A stretch of DNA of 52,812 bases from a bacterium (GTDB lineage: Bacteria > Myxococcota_A > Bradymonadia > UBA7976 > UBA1532): NCBI GenBank assembly GCA_030426945.1, contig JAUHXL010000002.1, positions 1 through 52,812 of the forward strand, read 5' to 3'. This document shows, piece after piece, positions 33,657-40,128 of the stretch (within the stretch, counting starts at the first letter, position 1; every line of letters starts with the position of its first letter). The notes under the pieces are model-generated. The model saw only the letters and a list, made by a program, of their open reading frames with translations, had not been told where the DNA came from and made no database searches. A program made the position numbers and the translations under genes.

Positions 33657-35834
33657 GTGCGAATGCCGTTCTTGGCCGTGAGCGCGTTCCTCCTGAGCGG
33701 CGGAACCGCAGTCGCCAATCCGTGGCCCGACCTGAGCCAGCCCGCGACCTCGGCGGCCGAGCGCCAGCAGGGCGCGCGGGACGCCGCGCTCATCGTCGCC
33801 ATCGAAGACTACGCGCACGTGCCCGACGTGCCCGGCGCGCGCCGCAACGCCGCGGACTGGCGAGCCTGGCTGCGCGCGCGCGGCGTGCCGCACGTGAAGG
33901 TGCTGCAGGACGCCGCCGCAATGCACGGTTTCGACGGGCGCGGTCGCCCACGCGGCATCCTGACCGCGCTCGAGCAGACGGCCGCCAAGGTGGGCCCCGG
34001 CGGCACGCTGTGGTTCGTCTTCATCGGCCACGGCGCCCCCAACGGCGATCCTGCGCAACCCGACGGCCTGCTGCTGGCCCAGAGCGTCCAGCAGACCGCC
34101 GACGGCCTGCAGCTCGCCGGCATCCCCGTCCAGGCCGAGCTGCTGCCCCGCCTGCGCCCCGCCGCGAAGGGCGCCCGCGCCGTCGCCGTCCTCGACGCCT
34201 GCTTCAGCGGCAAGGTGGACGCGGATCGGCCCCTCGTCGCGGGCCTGCAGCCCGTCTTCGTCGCCAGCGTCGGCGCCGTCCCGCCCGGCGTCACCCTGCT
34301 CACCGCCGCCAAGGGCGACGAGTACGCCGGCGCCCTGCCCGGCCTGGGGCGGCCCGCGTTCAGCTACCTCGCGCTGGGCGCCCTGCAGGGCTGGGCCGAC
34401 CAGGACGGTGACGGTCAGATCAGCGGAGGCGAGGTGCGGCAGTTCAGCGAGGACGCGCTGTTCGAGGTGGTCACGGGTCGCCGCCAGACCCCGGACGCGC
34501 GCGGCGACATCGTCGGCACGCTCACGCGCGCCCGTGCGCCCAAGCCCGATCTTGCCGCCATCGCGCGCACTGTTCACGAGCGGTCGGCCGCCCCGTCCGA
34601 CGACTTCGACGCTCGACTCAGCCGCGCCACGGCAGTCGAGCCGACAGCGCCGCAGGGGCGTTCGGACGGGCTCGAAGCGGAGATGGCCCGGCTGGCGGCC
34701 AAACAGGCCGAGCGCGAACGGCTCGAACGCGAGGAGGCCGCAGCGCGGGCGCGCGCGTTGAGCCTGCACACCGCCGACGTGGACGAGAAGTGGGCCAAGG
34801 TCCAGGCCGTGGCGACCGATCCTGCCAAGGGCGTGCGCGCCGTCGAGGCGTTTCTCGCGTTCTACGCTGGCCACGCGCTGGGCAACCCGCGCCAGGCCGA
34901 CGCCGAGGCGCTGAAGGCCAAGCTCGAGGCGGCGATCGATGCGAAGGCGCAGGCGACCCACGAAGCCGATGTGGACCGGGCGTGGGCATTGGCCCAGAGA
35001 GTGGCGAAGCGGGGCGGGCCCGAAGGGCGGCAAGCGCTGGAGGCCTTCTTGAAGCAGTACGCCGATCATCCGCGGGGCAACCCGAAGGCGGACGATGCTG
35101 AGGCAATCCTCTGGACGCTCGGTGGGGCGGGCCGCGGCAAGGCCGGCATCGAGTGGGTTCGGATGTCCGGGGGCAGCTTCCAGATGGGCTCCATCGGAGG
35201 CGAAAGAGACGAGAGGCCGGTCCGAACCGTGAAGCTCAAGTCGTTCGCCATCTCGAAGACAGAGGTGACCGTGGGCCAGTATCGGGCATGCGTGCAAGCT
35301 GGAGTCTGTAGCGCTCCCCTCGCCTTCGACGAGTGCAACTGGGACAAGCCAGATCGAGACGATCACCCCATCAACTGTGTCGACTGGGCCCAGGCGTCCA
35401 CGTTCGCGCAGTGGGCTGGTGGACGGTTGCCCAGCGAGGCGGAGTGGGAATACGCGGCCCGTTCGCAGGGCCGCCAGCAGACTTATCCATGGGGCGAGGC
35501 GAAAGCCGACTGTAGCCGAGCTGTCATGAGAGACGGCGAGAAGCGAGGCTGTGGACGGGGCGACGTGACGTTCCCCGTGTGCACGAGGCCCGAGGGCAAC
35601 ACGGCCCAGGGGCTCTGCGACATGGCGGGGAATGCGTGGGAGTGGGTCGAGGACTGGTACGGACCGTACGGCGAAGCCCCCCAGGACGGCGGCGCACGCA
35701 CGGCCAGTGCGAAGCACAAGGTCAACCGAGGCGGCGGCTGCAGTAGCCCTGCTGGGCTCATGCGCACAACTGGCCGCTATTGGGGCCTTCCGAGCGACCG
35801 GTTCAACTGCCTCGGCTTCCGCGTAGCGCGCTAG
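33657..35834 (+). CDS. exported caspase-fold / helical-repeat / FGE-sulfatase-fold fusion protein (chimeric paralog)
   Basis: The signal peptide is MRMPFLAVSAFLLSGGTAVA, followed by NPWPDL. The caspase domain is about 96% identical in DNA to that of 30907. The C-terminal half parallels the 28173 gene (AVEAFLAFYAGHALGNPRQ, LKQYADHPRGNPK, GGSFQMGS, GRLPSEAEWEYAARSQG, GNAWEWVEDWYGPYGEAP, LGFRVAR). Confidence 0.85.
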   Translation: MRMPFLAVSAFLLSGGTAVANPWPDLSQPATSAAERQQGARDAALIVAIEDYAHVPDVPGARRNAADWRAWLRARGVPHVKVLQDAAAMHGFDGRGRPRGILTALEQTAAKVGPGGTLWFVFIGHGAPNGDPAQPDGLLLAQSVQQTADGLQLAGIPVQAELLPRLRPAAKGARAVAVLDACFSGKVDADRPLVAGLQPVFVASVGAVPPGVTLLTAAKGDEYAGALPGLGRPAFSYLALGALQGWADQDGDGQISGGEVRQFSEDALFEVVTGRRQTPDARGDIVGTLTRARAPKPDLAAIARTVHERSAAPSDDFDARLSRATAVEPTAPQGRSDGLEAEMARLAAKQAERERLEREEAAARARALSLHTADVDEKWAKVQAVATDPAKGVRAVEAFLAFYAGHALGNPRQADAEALKAKLEAAIDAKAQATHEADVDRAWALAQRVAKRGGPEGRQALEAFLKQYADHPRGNPKADDAEAILWTLGGAGRGKAGIEWVRMSGGSFQMGSIGGERDERPVRTVKLKSFAISKTEVTVGQYRACVQAGVCSAPLAFDECNWDKPDRDDHPINCVDWAQASTFAQWAGGRLPSEAEWEYAARSQGRQQTYPWGEAKADCSRAVMRDGEKRGCGRGDVTFPVCTRPEGNTAQGLCDMAGNAWEWVEDWYGPYGEAPQDGGARTASAKHKVNRGGGCSSPAGLMRTTGRYWGLPSDRFNCLGFRVAR
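33771..34463 (+). repeat. copy 2 of the 693-nt near-identical direct repeat
   Basis: See 31036-31728. The two copies are offset by 2735 nt in the same orientation. Confidence 0.85.
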
Positions 35835-35891
35835 GCCACCCGAGCGCCCAACCGCCCGACCGAGCACTTGGCCAGGAGTCGAAACCACAAC

Positions 35892-37652
35892 ATGCACGAA
35901 GCGACGGACATCCTGCGGCCGCTGGCGCCCTTTCTGGCGCCCGTCGCCACCATCGACGCCGCCGCGCTGAACGCGCTCTGCGGCGCTGACGAGACGTGCT
36001 GGGATGCGGACAGCGTGGCCGAGCTGCACGCCGCAGGCGGAACGCTCGCCAGCGCGCTGCGTGCGTACACCGAGAAGACCAGCGGGCGCGACTACGAGCG
36101 GACCTGGCGGCTGGGTTGGGCGGCCATGCCGTTCATGGACGCCGCGCAGCAGCTGCTGGCGATGGCGGCTCGGCGCGCGGAGGTCGGCTTCGAGGCGCAG
36201 GCCAACCGGCTCGCCCGCTTCTCGCAGGTTCGCCCGGCTTGGAAGCGGTACCGCAACACCGCGCGCTACGGCGATCGCGAGATGATGGTCCGGGGATTCG
36301 GCGACGAGATGCGCAAGGTGGACGCCAACCTCACCTGGCTGCCGTGGCAGCCGCGCGCCGTGGAGCATGATGGGCTGCCGCTCGGCGCGGCCATCTACGC
36401 GCGCGGGGGTCGGACCGAGGCCCGCGCGGCGATCGGCATCGACGGAACGGCCGGCGTGCTGCGGCTGCGCGCCGTGCTCGGGATCAGCACGGCGCAACGC
36501 GACAAGCAGATCGAGTGGTCGCCCGGCGACGATGACGCACTGGTGGCGTCGTGGCTCGATGACCTCACCGCGATGGTGGTGGCCGCGCGCGATGAGGCGA
36601 CGGACTCACCGCGGGCCGCCTCCGCGCCCCCGGCGGCCCCGGCGCCGCTCGAGGTGACCGACCTGCAACGCCACCTCGAGGCCCAGCCCGCGGTGGTCCT
36701 GCAGGGGCCGCCCGGCAGCGGCAAGACGCACCGGGTGCTGGCGCTGATCGACTCCCTGCGCGGCGAGCACGCACGTGAGGACTGCCGCTGGACCACGGTC
36801 GGCGACCCCAACGCCGATGACCTGGGCGAGGCCAGGTGGCGCGATCTGCCGGTGCTGTGGGAGATCGTCCAGCTTCACCCCAGCTACACCTACGAAGACC
36901 TCGTCCGCGGGCTCACCACCCGAGCGGTGGGCGAGGGCGTGCAGTTCGTCGTCGAGGACAAGCTGCTGGTTCACCTGGCGCGGGCCGCCGCGGCGCGGCG
37001 CGCGGCCGCGGACTCTGGTGACGACCCGCAGCGCCCCACCGTGCTGATCCTCGACGAGATCAACCGCTGCAACCTGTCGGCGGTGTTGGGCGAGCTGATC
37101 CTGGTGCTCGAGAAGGGCTACCGCGACATGCCCGTTCGGCTGCAGTACGTCGACGCCGCGCGGCCGGGCGACGCGACGCTGATGCTGCCCCCGAACCTGT
37201 GGATCGTGGGCACGATGAACACGGCCGACCGCTCGATCGCGATGGTCGACTTCGCCATCCGCCGGCGGTTCCGCTTCGTCGACGTCGAGCCGGACGCCAA
37301 GGTGATCGAGGCGCTGAACGCGCGCGTCGCTGCCGAGGCGGTCAAGGCCAGCGTCGCGACCTTCGAGGCCTTCCAGGGGCTGTTGCACGAGGCCGAGCGC
37401 GACCGCCTGGCCGTCGGGCACAGCTACTTCCTGCTGGACGCCCACGCTGGCGTGGAGTGGTCGGAGCAGCTGGCCGACCGCATCGTGTTCGAGGTGCTTC
37501 CCCTGCTGCGCGAGTACCACCAAGAGGGCTACCTGCAGACGCCCGAGCTGCGCACGGACTGGCTGACGTGGGATGCCCGACGCCATACGACCCCCGACCG
37601 GGCCGCGCTGAAGGCGCAGCTCGACAAGCTGGGCGCCGGGTTGGTGCGGTGA
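35892..37652 (+). CDS. mcrB: McrB-family AAA+ GTPase (type IV restriction-like) with an unrecognised ~260-aa N-terminal domain
   Basis: ATG 35892 has AGGAG 13 nt upstream; the ORF track start at 35868 is a TTG. Motifs are VVLQGPPGSGKTHRV (Walker A), TVLILDEINRCNLSAVLGELI (Walker B) and the McrB signature LWIVGTMNTADRSIAMVDFAIRRRFRF. Confidence 0.85.
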   Translation: MHEATDILRPLAPFLAPVATIDAAALNALCGADETCWDADSVAELHAAGGTLASALRAYTEKTSGRDYERTWRLGWAAMPFMDAAQQLLAMAARRAEVGFEAQANRLARFSQVRPAWKRYRNTARYGDREMMVRGFGDEMRKVDANLTWLPWQPRAVEHDGLPLGAAIYARGGRTEARAAIGIDGTAGVLRLRAVLGISTAQRDKQIEWSPGDDDALVASWLDDLTAMVVAARDEATDSPRAASAPPAAPAPLEVTDLQRHLEAQPAVVLQGPPGSGKTHRVLALIDSLRGEHAREDCRWTTVGDPNADDLGEARWRDLPVLWEIVQLHPSYTYEDLVRGLTTRAVGEGVQFVVEDKLLVHLARAAAARRAAADSGDDPQRPTVLILDEINRCNLSAVLGELILVLEKGYRDMPVRLQYVDAARPGDATLMLPPNLWIVGTMNTADRSIAMVDFAIRRRFRFVDVEPDAKVIEALNARVAAEAVKASVATFEAFQGLLHEAERDRLAVGHSYFLLDAHAGVEWSEQLADRIVFEVLPLLREYHQEGYLQTPELRTDWLTWDARRHTTPDRAALKAQLDKLGAGLVR

Positions 37653-39256
37653 GCGCCTCCCAGCCGAGCGATCACCACTCGGGCGCCGAGAGCCTGCTGC
37701 GGTGGATCGAGTCGCTCGAGGGACAGACCGGCGGTCCACTGGAAGTGCGACGGGACGCGGCCGGGCTGGAGGTCGCCCTCGTCGAAGGCGCCGCGCTCGA
37801 GATGGACCTTGGCGCTTCGGGGGCCGATTCGGCGGGCGACCTGGCGGCCCGTGTGCATCTGGCGGCGTCGCTCGATCGATTGCTCGGTGCGCTGCAAGCG
37901 CCGCTGATCGGCAAGCCCGGCGCCGTCGCGCGCCTCGCTTCGATCAGCGCGACGCCCAGCCTCAACGACACCCTGCGCGTGGCGCTGGTGTTGTCGGCCG
38001 GCGCCTGCGGCTTCGCGAGCTTCGACCTGGCCGGCACGCGGGTGCATTGGGAGACGCGGCCCAAGATCCGTGGCACCGACTGGGTGGGCCTGCTGGCCCT
38101 GGCGCGCGGTTGGCCGAGCCTGGGCCTGGGCGCCGAGGGTGATCACGAGCGCCCGGCCGATCGCTCGCTGGCCGAGGTGCTGGTGCGCGCCTACGTGGGC
38201 GCCGTCCGCCGCCTGCTGCACATGGATCCGTCCGCCGAGCGGGTGCCGGGCGGCGGCCTGCGCCGCGCCTACGATCCGCGCGCCGAGGTGCTGCGCGGAC
38301 GTCTGCGCGGCCAGCTGAATCGCCCGGCCTACCTGCAGCAGGTCGCCCGCGGCCGACCCGATCGGGTGCCGTGCCGATTCCACGCGCACGACCTGGACCA
38401 CCTGCCCAACCGGGCCCTCCGCTGGGGCCTGCACCTGTGCCAGGCGCTGCTGGGTGGGATACGCGCCGCCGCGCGCGCCGAGCTGCACACGCAGCTGCGC
38501 GAGGCCGACGCACGCTTCGCCGGTGTCTCGTGGGAGCGCGTCACGCGGTCCGATCTGCCGGCGCTGCGCCACCCGCCGCGGGCGCTGCGCGCCTACGAGC
38601 AGACCGGCGCGCTGCCCCTCGCGCGCCTGTTGCTGACCCACGCCGAGCTGGGCGGCCCGGCCGGCGGGCCCACGTCGGTGGCCTTGGCGTTCGACATGCC
38701 CAGCCTGTTCGAGCGCGCCTTCGCCCAGGCGACAGCCGACCGGCTGGGCTGCGCGCACGGACACGTCGCCCAGGCGCAGTGGCGGGTGCACCTGAAGACC
38801 GGCGAGGGCTCCGTCTGGCGCGATGGCACCAACGACCTGCGGCCCGATCTGTACGTCCGTGGCGAGGGCGAACGACCGGCCCTCGTGGCCGATACGAAGT
38901 GGAAAGCCGTCACGACGACCCGATCCGACGGGGCCGACGCCGCCACTCGGGACGACGAGTCCGACCCGCAGGCCCTCGTCGACGGCCTCGCGTTCAAGGT
39001 CAAGCGAGAGGATCTGTACCAGGTGCTCGCCTACGCGCTCACCGCACGCGGCTTGCAACCCGAGCACGAGGTGCGCGTGGCCCTGGTGTACCCGCTGCCC
39101 TCGACCGCCCGAGCCGAAGCGCTCGCCGCGACGCTCTGCTGGCGAGCGCCGGGCGAGGCCGTTCATCCCTGGCTGCAGATGCAGGTGGTCGGCTGGCCCA
39201 TGGACGCCCTCGAGGGCGGGCTGACCACCCTGCTGCGGACGCTGCAGGTGGCCTGA
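37649..39256 (+). CDS. mcrC: McrC-like PD-(D/E)XK nuclease subunit
   Basis: GTG 37649 overlaps the mcrB stop (GTGA) and is in frame in ORF 37199..39256. The C-terminal nuclease motif is LRPDLYV...ALVADTKWK...EDLYQVLAYAL. Its position immediately after mcrB supports the call. Confidence 0.75.
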   Translation: MSASQPSDHHSGAESLLRWIESLEGQTGGPLEVRRDAAGLEVALVEGAALEMDLGASGADSAGDLAARVHLAASLDRLLGALQAPLIGKPGAVARLASISATPSLNDTLRVALVLSAGACGFASFDLAGTRVHWETRPKIRGTDWVGLLALARGWPSLGLGAEGDHERPADRSLAEVLVRAYVGAVRRLLHMDPSAERVPGGGLRRAYDPRAEVLRGRLRGQLNRPAYLQQVARGRPDRVPCRFHAHDLDHLPNRALRWGLHLCQALLGGIRAAARAELHTQLREADARFAGVSWERVTRSDLPALRHPPRALRAYEQTGALPLARLLLTHAELGGPAGGPTSVALAFDMPSLFERAFAQATADRLGCAHGHVAQAQWRVHLKTGEGSVWRDGTNDLRPDLYVRGEGERPALVADTKWKAVTTTRSDGADAATRDDESDPQALVDGLAFKVKREDLYQVLAYALTARGLQPEHEVRVALVYPLPSTARAEALAATLCWRAPGEAVHPWLQMQVVGWPMDALEGGLTTLLRTLQVA

Positions 39257-39370
39257 CGGTGCGGCCGCAGCCCGCTCTCGAGCCAGAACGACGGCGAGGA
39301 CCTCCACGGCGCCGGGTCGACCTGACCCAAGCAAAGTGGCCTCGGAAGGACCCGGGGCGGTTCACCTGAG

Positions 39371-39784
39371 GTGCGCGGCGACACGGAGGGCGCTCTCGCC
39401 GCCGCGCTCGAGCCCGGCCCCGACCTGAACGTGAGCGCGGATGGCCTGGCTGGACGCGGCGCACCTACCCCACCGTTGACGCGGCCCGCAACGCCGCCCG
39501 AGCCCTCGGCCCTGCCTGAACGACTGTCGAAGGCGCAGGTTGTCGGAGTGATCCGGAAGGCGGCGGGCCCCGTCGACCGCTGTCGTGACCCGAACGGTCC
39601 CTCGGGGACCATCATGGTCAAGTTCTCGGTCCAACCCGATGGCCGTGTCCACGCCGCCCACGTGACCACGGGAAAGTTCAAGGGCACGCCCACCGCAACG
39701 TGTGTCGAACAGCAGGTCGGGGCGCTGCGCTTCCCGGCCTTCGGTGGTCAGGCCATGGACCTCACGACACCGTTCGCGCTGTAG
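39371..39784 (+). CDS. AgmX/PglI-type (TonB-C-like) C-terminal domain protein, possibly an N-terminally truncated remnant
   Basis: The sequence LSKAQVVGVIRKAAGPVDRC...GTIMVKFSVQPDGRVHAAHVTTGKFKGTPTATCVEQQVGALRFPAF fits the myxobacterial AgmX/PglI C-terminal domain pattern. No signal peptide or TM segment precedes it, and the start is GTG. Confidence 0.45.
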   Translation: MRGDTEGALAAALEPGPDLNVSADGLAGRGAPTPPLTRPATPPEPSALPERLSKAQVVGVIRKAAGPVDRCRDPNGPSGTIMVKFSVQPDGRVHAAHVTTGKFKGTPTATCVEQQVGALRFPAFGGQAMDLTTPFAL

Positions 39785-39925
39785 CGGTCTGGGCTTCCCC
39801 GCGCCCGTCGCAATGCACGGGCGTCGAAGTCGGGGTGCCGGGCGCCGCCGTGTGCGGGACGACGACGGCCAGGCGTCAGGCGCCAGGCGCCAGACCGGCG
39901 CTGCTGCTTGCGCCGCTCACAGAAT

Positions 39926-40128
39926 CACCGAAGGGTCGCCGCCGGGCTCGCTACGCTCGCCCGGCGCCCGGCCAGCGCCGGGGTGCCCTCGCGGGCGCCC
40001 TTGGCTGTCGCTGGGGTCGGGCGCCCTTCCGGGGCCCCGGCGTAGGCCGGTAGGTTCTCGTCCGCGCGGGCACGCTCGGCATCACGCGCTGCCGGACGCG
40101 AAGGGTCAAGGGTCCAAGGGAAAGTGAG
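39926..40128 (-). repeat. copy B (inverted) of the conserved non-coding element following a caspase-FGE stop codon
   Basis: The reverse complement aligns block by block with 30459-30667. It starts immediately after the stop codon at 40129-40131. Confidence 0.6.

Noticed and set aside
32631-36497. A 1288-aa ORF on the minus strand spanning the HEPN-like gene, the small ORF, a caspase-FGE gene and the mcrB start. Similar long antisense ORFs occur elsewhere (662..2464+, 3203..5851-, 5689..6942-, 7162..9027-, 8910..11507-, 11896..14286-, 17984..20167-, 25890..28001+, 28587..30389-, 30421..32442-, 37529..39334-, 42537..43745+, 46336..48120-, 46803..49766+).
   Set aside because: Their translations are Arg/Gly/Ala/Pro-rich with no motifs. 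They lie exactly opposite genes with strong family signatures. Stop-poor antisense frames of this kind are expected at more than 70% G+C.
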